This document shows positions 8,074 to 16,464 of a stretch of DNA of 28,557 nucleotides, piece by piece. The stretch comes from an uncultured Planctomycetales bacterium (GTDB lineage: Bacteria > Omnitrophota > Gorgyraeia > Aquiviventales > Aquiviventaceae). The stretch spans positions 1 to 28,557 of the forward strand of contig CAYJTP010000019.1 of assembly GCA_964373175.1 (NCBI GenBank). Reading direction: 5' to 3'. The position numbers and the translations under genes are program-made. Under the pieces are notes generated by a model. The model saw only the letters and a program-made list of their open reading frames with translations. It had not been told where the DNA came from and ran no database searches. The first letter of the stretch is position 1. Each line of letters starts with the position of its first letter.

Positions 8074-8708
8074 GCCCTGACTCCTTCCAGCAATTTCCTG
8101 AGCATCGTTCGGCCCCGGTGGAGCCGGGACTTCACCGTGCCGATCTGCTCCTTGCAGATCCCGGCGATCTGATCGTAGGGCAACCCTTGGATGTCCCGCA
8201 GCACCACCGCCGTCCTGAGGGGAACCGGCAACCGGGCGATCGCCTGTTGAACCTTGGCCTGGAGCTCGGCGCGGCCAGCTTCCTCCCGGGGGTTGGGGGC
8301 GCAGTCCTGGATCCTCTCATGAACCGGATCCTCGCCGTCGTTGGCCGGGACGTCCAGCGAAACCGTCCGCGCCGTCCGGTGGCGGGCGTGCCAGCGGCGC
8401 CGGTGCCGGGCCAGGTTCAGCGTGATCTGGTAGGCCCAGCTCCGGAAGGCCGCCTCTTGGCGAAAGCGGGGCAACCCCCGCCACATCCGCAGGAACGCCT
8501 CTTGAGACACATCGATCGCCTCCTCGTAATTCCCCAGCATCCGGTACGCCACCGAAATGATCTCCTGCTGGTAACGCAGCATCAGCCGGTCGAATGCCGC
8601 CCGGTCCCCCTGCTTCGCCCGATGGACCAGATCCGCATCGGTCTCCTCGGTGGCCAGGGTTTGAGCCGGACCTGCTCCCGTCGGGCAATCCTCAGGAGGC
8701 GCATCCAT
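8064..8708 (-). CDS. ECF (group IV) sigma-70 factor
   Basis: Region 2 (AFDRLMLRYQQEIISVAYRMLGNYEEAIDVSQEAFLRMW) and region 4 (LPVPLRTAVVLRDIQGLPYDQIAGICKEQIGTVKSRLHRGR) are both present. Confidence 0.9.
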   Translation of the reverse strand: MDAPPEDCPTGAGPAQTLATEETDADLVHRAKQGDRAAFDRLMLRYQQEIISVAYRMLGNYEEAIDVSQEAFLRMWRGLPRFRQEAAFRSWAYQITLNLARHRRRWHARHRTARTVSLDVPANDGEDPVHERIQDCAPNPREEAGRAELQAKVQQAIARLPVPLRTAVVLRDIQGLPYDQIAGICKEQIGTVKSRLHRGRTMLRKLLEGVRACR

Positions 8709-8737
8709 CGCTTGGTTGAGAATGTATATCTACGGGG

Positions 8738-8765
8738 TAAGACCCCGCCGGCCCTGGAAAGTTCC
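8738..8765 (-). promoter_or_regulatory. autoregulatory ECF-type promoter GGAACTT-N16-TCTTA upstream of the ECF sigma gene
   Basis: On the minus strand: GGAACTT tccagggccggcgggg TCTTA, ~30 nt upstream of ATG 8708. Confidence 0.55.
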
Positions 8766-8798
8766 AGGGAAAATTCAGCCGGACGGTCCCTGCTTCAG

Positions 8799-9008
8799 CT
8801 ACCCGCATCTGAGAATGGTGTAACCGGGCCCGCTCAGGTGCTCATCGGAACTGGTAATACGGCAGCCGCTCTCCCTCCGGTCCTTCTCCCAGCACTCCGG
8901 GCACTTTCTGTTGCTGATGACGGTAACCCGGGAGTCCTCCGCAGTATTCCCGTCAACGTACCAGATCTCGTTGTCGAACGGCTTGCCGCAGGCGAAGCAG
9001 TTCACCAC
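8799..9008 (-). CDS. small zinc-ribbon protein (CxxC...CxxC), 69 aa
   Basis: CFACG...CPECW motifs; GTG start with a GGAGGG SD upstream. It lies between the DUF2779 gene and the ECF promoter. Confidence 0.4.
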   Translation of the reverse strand: MVNCFACGKPFDNEIWYVDGNTAEDSRVTVISNRKCPECWEKDRRESGCRITSSDEHLSGPGYTILRCG

Positions 9009-9067
9009 CTCAGGTTAACCCTCCAGATACTCATTGGAGCTTGGCACCGCCAGTAACGCCTCTGACC

Positions 9068-10552
9068 TTAAATTGCCCGAAGAACCTTCAGGATATCCAG
9101 CATGGCCCGCGTGTCGAGCTTGCAGTATTCGAGAAGACCGTCGTAGACCCGCCTTCTCTCCTCTTCCGCAACGCCGTCCGAAAAGGTCACCCGGGCATAT
9201 TCCCGGCTGGCCTGCCCGCCGTCCGAGATCGTCATTCCTTCATAAGACCCCCCGATGAGCGCAGGGTAGACGGACTTGATGGAGTACCTGCCGAGCTGTT
9301 TCGGATCGTAATAATCGAACTTCTGGAACGGCAACATCAGATCCAAGAGCCGCCCGTCAAGCTCGTTAAACCAATCGCCGTATTCCGGATAGGCCTCCAC
9401 CGACTCCCGCATCCGGTCCCGCTCGAAGCTCAAATGAAAAGCGAGGATGCTTCCCTTCGGACCCACCAGACGCTTGAGCCGGCTCAGGAACTCCGGCCGG
9501 GGGTCGCCCGGATCTTCGGCCAAAAACGCGTGGTGTGCAAGCTCTTTGTCCGGACCCCGCAAGATGTGCAGTGAGAACTGGAACGGCACCTGCTGGAAAG
9601 GCCGGGTCCCGTCATAAAAGGGGATGGCCGGATTTACCGTCTCGAAGTCTATGAAATGGACCGGGAATTCGATCTGTTCCATAAACGCGCGGATCGCGGC
9701 CCGGTCGGTGTGAGTCTTGTTTTCAACGTGGCACCGGTGGACAATCTGGTGGCTCACCGCCGTCAACTGCTCCGGCGGCACATCTTGAACCCGCACGCAC
9801 CCACCGTTGATAAACCCAAAGGCCTTCTCTTTCCGGATCTTGTTGAGCACAAAAACGCTGTCCTCCGGGATGTGCCGCCAGCACAGCTCTTGCAGCGGAC
9901 AATCGTAAGGCTTGCTGCACTGCGGCCCGATGGCAATCTCCGGGCATTCTTTCCGGCTCAGGACGCCGAGCATCCCGTTGACCCGCTCCTCCACCTGCGC
10001 GGACAATTCCCGGACTGGTTCTGTGACATCCTCCCTGCTCAGCAGGCCTTCGGGGTCGATCGGCCCGCTCTTCACGTACTCGTTGTTGACATGGACCAAG
10101 TAGACCTTCCCGATCTTCAAACCTGCCCCTTCGTAGCAGTATTTTTGGAAGGCGACGTCCTCGTAGTGGACCTCTTTCAACTCGGACGAGCTCTTCACCT
10201 CATAGAGGTCCCAGCGCCCACCCTTTCCGGGGGCCAGCACGTCGGCCCGCGCGTAGGTGCTCTTGTATCTAAAACCGGGCTCAAACAGCGGCTTGTTCAG
10301 CGGAAGAGCCGAGCGGGTCTCCCGGATAATCTTCTCAAAATCATCAGAACCCTGAATCTCAATTCCATTCCGAAAAAGCGTCTGGAACAGCCGGGTGACC
10401 CGGTGCCCCTGGTCGAAGAGAGCTTGGGTCTCAGGATCAGTCGGGGGGAATTGATCCTGGGCGTGGTAATGCATCCAGAGGAGCTTCGGGCATTTCAGCC
10501 CATCAAGGTATTTGCTTTTGGATAGGAACGGGGCTGTCTTTAGCGTGGCCAT
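9068..10552 (-). CDS. DUF2779-family protein: N-terminal Cas4/RecB-like PD-(D/E)xK nuclease, C-terminal domain with a D-x-E (IDFET) motif
   Basis: The N-terminus LSKSKYLDGLKCPKLLWMHY is the signature opening of the DUF2779/Cas4-like family. WDLYEVKSS is an ExK motif. Several Cys residues are present. The C-terminal half contains FIDFETVNPAIPF. Confidence 0.8.
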   Translation of the reverse strand: MATLKTAPFLSKSKYLDGLKCPKLLWMHYHAQDQFPPTDPETQALFDQGHRVTRLFQTLFRNGIEIQGSDDFEKIIRETRSALPLNKPLFEPGFRYKSTYARADVLAPGKGGRWDLYEVKSSSELKEVHYEDVAFQKYCYEGAGLKIGKVYLVHVNNEYVKSGPIDPEGLLSREDVTEPVRELSAQVEERVNGMLGVLSRKECPEIAIGPQCSKPYDCPLQELCWRHIPEDSVFVLNKIRKEKAFGFINGGCVRVQDVPPEQLTAVSHQIVHRCHVENKTHTDRAAIRAFMEQIEFPVHFIDFETVNPAIPFYDGTRPFQQVPFQFSLHILRGPDKELAHHAFLAEDPGDPRPEFLSRLKRLVGPKGSILAFHLSFERDRMRESVEAYPEYGDWFNELDGRLLDLMLPFQKFDYYDPKQLGRYSIKSVYPALIGGSYEGMTISDGGQASREYARVTFSDGVAEEERRRVYDGLLEYCKLDTRAMLDILKVLRAI

Positions 10553-10992
10553 CTTGTGAATTTGACAGCCGACGCCGTCGCTCTACGCACTACCCCGTCG
10601 CTATCTACCAAGAAAAACCACAACCCCAACCAACGAGCGGCTCTCCGCATCTCAGCGCTGAGGATCCGTCTCCTGTAGAAAGGGTGGTCCGGCAACGCGA
10701 CCGTGTAATAAGCGTTCTTCTGCCTCATCCGGAGAATAATTTGTCCGAGTACAGAGAGGAAGTAGTTATCCCTCTGCGCCGTTTCGCTGTAGCCGGTCGG
10801 GTAACCTTTGCACTCCACGAAGATGTAGTGTCGGTATCTGGGATGATATCCCACAACATCCGCCCCGTGGGCCGCGAGGGGGCGTTCGACATGAAGTTTG
10901 TAGCCACGATCGTGAAGGGCTTTCCTGATCGACCTTACAACGTAATGTTCACCAAAACGATTGCTCAATTTCAGCTGTCGCTTTCCCTTCAT
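10540..10992 (-). CDS. Mrr-cat-like restriction-endonuclease fold protein (150 aa)
   Basis: HGADVVGYHPRYRHYIFVECKGY matches the D-x-D...(Q/E)-C-K pattern of the Mrr catalytic domain. ATG 10990-10992 overlaps the TGA of the upstream gene (ATGA). Confidence 0.55.
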   Translation of the reverse strand: MKGKRQLKLSNRFGEHYVVRSIRKALHDRGYKLHVERPLAAHGADVVGYHPRYRHYIFVECKGYPTGYSETAQRDNYFLSVLGQIILRMRQKNAYYTVALPDHPFYRRRILSAEMRRAARWLGLWFFLVDSDGVVRRATASAVKFTRWPR

Positions 10993-11933
10993 ATGGAAGT
11001 CCGCGAAGGCGCTTCTCCCAAGAGCCGGCCTGTTTCCTGATAAGCAGCTTTAACGAGTTCGATGGCCGAAGCCATATCCTGGGGTCGCTTTACATGCGCC
11101 TGAATCTTAAAGACATCGGATTCCCTGACCGCCCTTTGTTTTCCAAGAGAATTACCCTGAGGGACTTTAGGTAGGCGAAGAATTAGGCGCAATCCCTCTC
11201 GCTGACAAGTGACGTAACAAACAGTTGCCCATCTCCTTTTAAGCATGAGCCTCTTTTTGCCGACCTTGTATTCCAAATCAGGCAATTGGTTCTTGAGCGC
11301 CTCCTCCAAACCCTCGTACAACCTCTGTAACGTCTTCGGAAGGCTCGCTGCAAAATCTGCGGCAGTCTCAACCTGAACAGCAGCTTGTACGGCTTTGCCT
11401 TCCCTGCTTTTCAAGAGCGGAGCGATTGAGGCAACGGCGACTGCCGGCTTGATTTGCTCGAAGGAAAGAGTGCTGTTGTCAAAGCGACTGAAGCGCCACA
11501 GCTCTATCGGAATATCCTTGAAATTGATGGCTGCCATCTGATGCGGCGTGAACCGTTGAGCCACAAAAAGGACCTTGGATTCAGCCCAATCGATGTCTTT
11601 CTTTGTCAGGTTCTTGCCGAACTTCTTGTTGTACTCCAGCACAAATTCAGCTTTGTTGTTGAGCATCGTAGCGAGGTAGGCATATCCTTGATCGATCACG
11701 CTTCCTCCCTCGTCTCGTTTGTACTCGATGATAACGAAAGCGTTCGTCTCTTCATCAAAGGCGACTGTATCCAGAGTGAAACTCTGAACCGTAAATTCAT
11801 GTGCCACCAACTGGAGGCCGAAGATCTGGTTCAAGTTGGTTTCCACAACAATCTGGATGTCTGCCTCCAACCGAATCGACTGCTCCGCAATCAACCGGAG
11901 CTTCTTATTCCCATCGAGCGAGTAGAGCGGCAT
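10989..11933 (-). CDS. PD-(D/E)xK nuclease-fold protein (N-terminal HsdR-N/NucS-like domain) with a C-terminal domain of unknown function, 314 aa
   Basis: LDTVAFDEETNAFVIIEYKRDE has a D...D...E-x-K arrangement after a helix. The gene is visibly AT-richer than the surrounding region. Confidence 0.6.
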   Translation of the reverse strand: MPLYSLDGNKKLRLIAEQSIRLEADIQIVVETNLNQIFGLQLVAHEFTVQSFTLDTVAFDEETNAFVIIEYKRDEGGSVIDQGYAYLATMLNNKAEFVLEYNKKFGKNLTKKDIDWAESKVLFVAQRFTPHQMAAINFKDIPIELWRFSRFDNSTLSFEQIKPAVAVASIAPLLKSREGKAVQAAVQVETAADFAASLPKTLQRLYEGLEEALKNQLPDLEYKVGKKRLMLKRRWATVCYVTCQREGLRLILRLPKVPQGNSLGKQRAVRESDVFKIQAHVKRPQDMASAIELVKAAYQETGRLLGEAPSRTSI

Positions 11934-12010
11934 ACTGACTCCTCAAGAAGGGATGCATCCCTCTATGAAACGTGTCCTGCGCTCTTTGCGTGGATTCTGT
12001 AATGCCTTTC

Positions 12011-12427
12011 CTAATAGCTGCTGTCTTCTACCTGCCGGGGCAATTTCACTTCCTTAAACAGGTAGGTTTCCTTGCACTTGGGACACTGCTTGTAGCTACC
12101 GTTCCCATACTCTTGGAGATACACCAACTTTTTGTCTGAGAAGCAGCCCGGACAGAAAAATCGTTCAAACGGTTTAGCGTCCTTCGCCCGATAGACAACG
12201 GCCCCTTCTGATGTTTGATATTCCTCTACCGTTCCCCTGAGTTGTTCCCATTCCCGTGTTTCATCCAGCTCTTTTTTATATTCGAGCATCTGCTCCTGGA
12301 GCTGCAGGTTTCTCTCGCGAAGATCTTGGTTCTGCTGCCTCAGCTCCTCGATATAAGAAAGGACTTGCAGGACCTCTTCTTGATTTACAAACCTATTGAG
12401 GGCAGAAAGAATCTCCTTCGGGTTCAT
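12011..12427 (-). CDS. coiled-coil protein with a C-terminal CxxC...CxxC zinc ribbon (138 aa)
   Basis: LRQQNQDLRERNLQLQEQMLEYKKELDE is a coiled coil; CPGC...CPKC follows. ATG 12425-12427 overlaps the MTase TGA (ATGA). Confidence 0.6.
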   Translation of the reverse strand: MNPKEILSALNRFVNQEEVLQVLSYIEELRQQNQDLRERNLQLQEQMLEYKKELDETREWEQLRGTVEEYQTSEGAVVYRAKDAKPFERFFCPGCFSDKKLVYLQEYGNGSYKQCPKCKETYLFKEVKLPRQVEDSSY

Positions 12428-15400
12428 TTCATCATGATCTCCTGTTTGGTTGTTCCTCGTGCTAGGTGACAAAGCCGTGGGTCGGCGGGCGGAGGATCGA
12501 GAACTGTCTGGTAGGGCTTCCCATCTGAGATGGCTCGTTGCATGGCGTCGTAGCGTTCCAGGATGACCCGCTTGGTGCGGTATTCGCCAAAGCGTTCCTC
12601 GTCCTTTTCTCTGACAATGGGAAAGGTGTCCAAGATGTAATCGGCATCTTCCTGGGAGATGCCATACAGGTGAAAAAAGGCGGCGTCTAACTCACATCGC
12701 AATAGAAACCGGCGCTCATCATCCCAACGAAAGGGCGGACTGCCATAGCCGAGGTCATTGGCAAAGGGTTTGAGGTCCCAAGCAGTAAAGGTGAGCTCAA
12801 GGACACGTTGAGCCACCCATGATCTAACCGATTCAGTCACTGCCCAAGCACATGCCTCGCCATAAATCGCAGGGGGTAAGACTGGAAACTGATTTACAAG
12901 GAAGAAGCTGAGGTTGACTCCGCCAATTTTCTGTCTAACGACATAGTCAAAAATGAATGCACATAAGTTAGCGTACAGTAGTCCAAAGTCCTTCGCATCC
13001 TCTGTACCAAGCACAACGGGCATACTATGCCCAACGCCAGCCCATGGAAACAACCCGGGATTCATTGTCCGTTCATTAGTGGGACTCGTTACGTTGGTGA
13101 AGCCGAGAAGCCATTGGCGATTCCACTTCCCTGCAACAGCTTGGTTGCACTCATGCTCCTTAACCCAGTAAAGTGGCATAACGACACGGTCCGGATTGAC
13201 AAGCTCCGAGCTATCGAGCGTGTCGGGTTGTGCTCTGCGCTGCCGCGCTCGAGCACTGACAACAACATCTGCTGCGCGATGGTTGTAAATCTGAGACATC
13301 TTGGCTTCGTAGAGGGGGAGATATCGGGAGTCGCCCTTGTGAAAAACGTTCCCCTCCAGGCGCCAGTCCTCGGCGATCAACTGGTCACGCGTGCGAAACA
13401 AGTGCGAATCGCTGGTCATATTAAACAAACCCTGGCTGAACGAGACGCCCCATGGATTTTCTTCTGGAGGACCCTCTTTAATCAACACCGGCACGCGGCG
13501 ATAGATGGCCTTGGTGATCTCGGCGTCCCGCTTTGTCCGGAAAATCGGGCAAGTCCTGGTGTTGGGGTTCAGAAGGGCAATTTCTTCGGCGGTCAGAGTA
13601 AAGCGACGGTCTTGTTCACCGAGGTCCTCCACCCTGTGAAGGAAGAAAGCAAACTCGGCGCCATCGGTAGTCGGCCGCCCACGGCCGGTCAGAGTGAGGA
13701 GGCAAAACTTCATTCGGCTGTGCACAGCAGGAAAAAGTTTCTCACGGTTCTCAAAGTCATAGAGACTCACCAGCGACCGTGACCCCACGAGATCCTGAAA
13801 GAAGAACTTGGTCGTGTCATCTGTGGCAATGCCTGTAGGGACGATCGCCCCTACCCTCCCGGAAGAGGAAATGAGCGTGCGCTTGGTTTCGGCGAAAATC
13901 GCATAGGTGTTGATACGACCTCGGCCGCAGAGTGGATAACGCCCAGAGTTGCCTGCGAAATGAGCCATCCCATCCGCATATCTTCGAGCCTCCAAAAACT
14001 CTTTGTAGAGCGCGGGGGCATGCTCTTCTAATTCCTCGATTTTGCGCTTGCGCGCCGCACCAGTTGGAGCATTGGCGATGTCGGGATATCGGGTAGAAAA
14101 CCACTCTTTTTCCTTCAGCTCGGTATGCTCCCACGGCGGATTCCCCAGCACCACGTCGAATCCTCCGCTCCAGCCGGCCCGAGCGTTCTCCGGTTTCCCT
14201 TCAGCCGGAACCCGAAAGACTTCCGGGAAAGCCAGGTGCCAATGAAAGAACCGGTATTGTCCGGCTAGCCGGACGATCTCCTCTTGGACAGCAGGTGGAA
14301 TGGAATCCGGATCCTTCTGAAGTTCCAAGAAAACCGCGTGAGTGATCGGAGGAGGGGCTCCGGCGGCTTTCTTCCACATGAATGCAGCACACCAAGCGTC
14401 GGCCACTAAACGGGCCTTGCGGTACTCAGGGGACTCTGTCAGACGGCAAAACTGCGCTTCCTTGGCCCGAACACCGCCGATGGAGTCTTCCGGCAAGGCT
14501 TCCAAGGTTTCTGATTGGTGAGATAACGTGGTGTAGGCAGCTTTCGGCTCGGCCACCGCCATCGCTGAAAAAAGAGTGGCTTGGCCGCGCCGTTCATCGC
14601 GGTTCTGCCGGCGCAAGCTGCTGCAGGTTTGTTTGTCGTCCCCCTCGATCTGCTGAAACGCCTCATCCGGGATGCCCTGTTTGAGCAAAGCCGGAGTCGC
14701 ACCAATTAAACTGTTCCCGCAAAGGATGTGGTGATCCAAGAACGACAGGGGCTTGCCGGGCTCAATCGCCTCCATCCAGAGCCCGATCTTGCACAGCTCT
14801 ACGGCCATGGGATTCTGATCCACCCCGTGAATGCAGTGGCTTATCACCTCTCGGAGTGCCGGGCGCAGGGCAGCCGGGGACGGCTCCTCATCGCCAGTCC
14901 GGATCTGAGCCAGGCGCCTGGCGATTCGATGAGCTGCCGCCACCAGAAAATGCCCGCTTCCACAGGCAGGATCGCAGACCCTTAAACCGAGGATCGCCCG
15001 CTGGGGATCGGATTGGCGGGCCGCCTCCTCCAGGACCGGCTCCAGGGCTGAATCCAGGAGACAGCGGATGAGACTGGCGGAAGTGTAGTAACTGCCGGTT
15101 GTTTTCCTCTCAAGACCGGACTCGGCGGAAAACCCAAAGGTGCGGGCATCGGTGTTCACATCCGGGTGAAGCTCCAATAGCGATTCATAGACGCTGCCGA
15201 ACTCCTCGGTCCCGAGATTTTTGAAATCCACAGGACGCTGCAGGTGATCCTGCTTAACCAGGGTAAGTGCCCGAACCGCAGTGAGAAGATCCCGGTTGGA
15301 CAGCTCACCGGAGCTGAGGTCCGGTGTCGCCTGCGGGGACCACAGAGAGCTTCCCAGAGCCGGCAGTGCCAGAGGGGGGCACCCCTCATCGCCGCTCAGC

Positions 15401-16464
15401 TTCTCCATCACGATCCGGAGAGACCGATAGAGGTCCGGATGGGCGGTTCCTCGCTGGCTCTCAGCCAGGCGCCGCAGGCGGGTGGCTGAATAATAGCGAA
15501 CGTATCGGTCTCGCTCCAAGACGCCTCTTTGGGGATCTGCAAGAAGTCCCCGCTCCTCAGCGACAAAGAGAAAAATGAGCCGGTACACAAGGCGGAGGAG
15601 CTGGCGGTAATAATCCTCCTTGAACAAGGCGCCGGAACGCAGCCGGTCGCGCAGCAGGGTGTTGGCTGGATGGCCCAGGAAGCCGGTCCCCAAGACACAG
15701 ATGGCGTCCTCCACACCAGACCGTAAGGTTTCCAGGGCGCGGATACCTTGCTCATAGGCGGCCTGAACCCATCGCTCCAGCCAGCATTCCTGTGGCGAAT
15801 CTCCCCCCAGGCGGGACTCATGGCAGAGCAGCCACAAAAGGGCGAAGTCGGCATAGACCTCCTCCGCCATCATTGTCTCCAGATCGAACTCCACACAGGC
15901 CTGCCGAGTAAGACTCGCGTTGTCACGAAGCAACCGCAAACGCAGGCCATTGGAGACGATCCCCCAGAGGTGATCCTCGCTGCGGTTCAAGAGCTCCTGA
16001 ACCAGCCCATGGGGGCTGATACGGGCCGCTCCGGCCACTCCGGGCTGGCGCTGGTCGAGATCAACACCAAATCCGATGAGATGAATGGGGACCTTCTGCC
16101 AAAAATGGGAGATGGGATAGGATTTTCCGGTAACCGTCAATGCTTTACATGCAGCCAGTCTGCCATAGCCCAACTCTTGGAAGAACAGGAGCAGCCAGCG
16201 ATCGCGGGTCAAGCCGGTCCCGAGGTCACCCGGGGACAGCTTTTCGCGCGCCTGCCGGAAAGAGTTCCAGGCGGGAAGGAGACGGGTCCACGCGCGGCTG
16301 ATCGCTTCGGTGACACGCTCGCCAGGGGCTACGAGATGATAAGCGGCGGGATCGAATCCTCCGAGGTTGCCATCCCCAGAGGCGATTCGGACCAAAAGAT
16401 CCGATGGAAAGAGACCTCCCTCAGCACGAACAGTAGCAAAGAAGCTACCTGAACCACCCCTCAT
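12424..16464 (-). CDS. large gamma-class N6-adenine DNA methyltransferase (DrmMI / PglX / Eco57I-like), ~1346 aa
   Basis: Motif I VCDPACGSGHFLV precedes motif IV VVLGNPPWE (NPPW). There is a long C-terminal extension ending ...GEYRTKRVILERYDAM.... ATG 16462-16464 overlaps the SNF2 TGA. The in-frame track ORF extends to 16626. Confidence 0.9.
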   Translation of the reverse strand: MRGGSGSFFATVRAEGGLFPSDLLVRIASGDGNLGGFDPAAYHLVAPGERVTEAISRAWTRLLPAWNSFRQAREKLSPGDLGTGLTRDRWLLLFFQELGYGRLAACKALTVTGKSYPISHFWQKVPIHLIGFGVDLDQRQPGVAGAARISPHGLVQELLNRSEDHLWGIVSNGLRLRLLRDNASLTRQACVEFDLETMMAEEVYADFALLWLLCHESRLGGDSPQECWLERWVQAAYEQGIRALETLRSGVEDAICVLGTGFLGHPANTLLRDRLRSGALFKEDYYRQLLRLVYRLIFLFVAEERGLLADPQRGVLERDRYVRYYSATRLRRLAESQRGTAHPDLYRSLRIVMEKLSGDEGCPPLALPALGSSLWSPQATPDLSSGELSNRDLLTAVRALTLVKQDHLQRPVDFKNLGTEEFGSVYESLLELHPDVNTDARTFGFSAESGLERKTTGSYYTSASLIRCLLDSALEPVLEEAARQSDPQRAILGLRVCDPACGSGHFLVAAAHRIARRLAQIRTGDEEPSPAALRPALREVISHCIHGVDQNPMAVELCKIGLWMEAIEPGKPLSFLDHHILCGNSLIGATPALLKQGIPDEAFQQIEGDDKQTCSSLRRQNRDERRGQATLFSAMAVAEPKAAYTTLSHQSETLEALPEDSIGGVRAKEAQFCRLTESPEYRKARLVADAWCAAFMWKKAAGAPPPITHAVFLELQKDPDSIPPAVQEEIVRLAGQYRFFHWHLAFPEVFRVPAEGKPENARAGWSGGFDVVLGNPPWEHTELKEKEWFSTRYPDIANAPTGAARKRKIEELEEHAPALYKEFLEARRYADGMAHFAGNSGRYPLCGRGRINTYAIFAETKRTLISSSGRVGAIVPTGIATDDTTKFFFQDLVGSRSLVSLYDFENREKLFPAVHSRMKFCLLTLTGRGRPTTDGAEFAFFLHRVEDLGEQDRRFTLTAEEIALLNPNTRTCPIFRTKRDAEITKAIYRRVPVLIKEGPPEENPWGVSFSQGLFNMTSDSHLFRTRDQLIAEDWRLEGNVFHKGDSRYLPLYEAKMSQIYNHRAADVVVSARARQRRAQPDTLDSSELVNPDRVVMPLYWVKEHECNQAVAGKWNRQWLLGFTNVTSPTNERTMNPGLFPWAGVGHSMPVVLGTEDAKDFGLLYANLCAFIFDYVVRQKIGGVNLSFFLVNQFPVLPPAIYGEACAWAVTESVRSWVAQRVLELTFTAWDLKPFANDLGYGSPPFRWDDERRFLLRCELDAAFFHLYGISQEDADYILDTFPIVREKDEERFGEYRTKRVILERYDAMQRAISDGKPYQTVLDPPPADPRLCHLARGTTKQEIMMK

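Noticed and set aside
8709-8798. Possible terminator hairpin (CAGGGA...TCCCTG) after the 69-aa gene
   Set aside because: The stem is short with an 18-nt loop and overlaps the ECF -35 element. The promoter interpretation explains the sequence better.
7776-9056. 426-aa plus-strand ORF
   Set aside because: It is antisense to the ECF sigma and anti-sigma genes, whose motifs are unambiguous. The product is P/R/G-rich junk.
13027-13782. 251-aa plus-strand ORF (also 16542-17732 + and 20173-21081 +)
   Set aside because: All are antisense to the MTase, SNF2 and DEXH helicase genes, which carry clear catalytic motifs. I judge them spurious.
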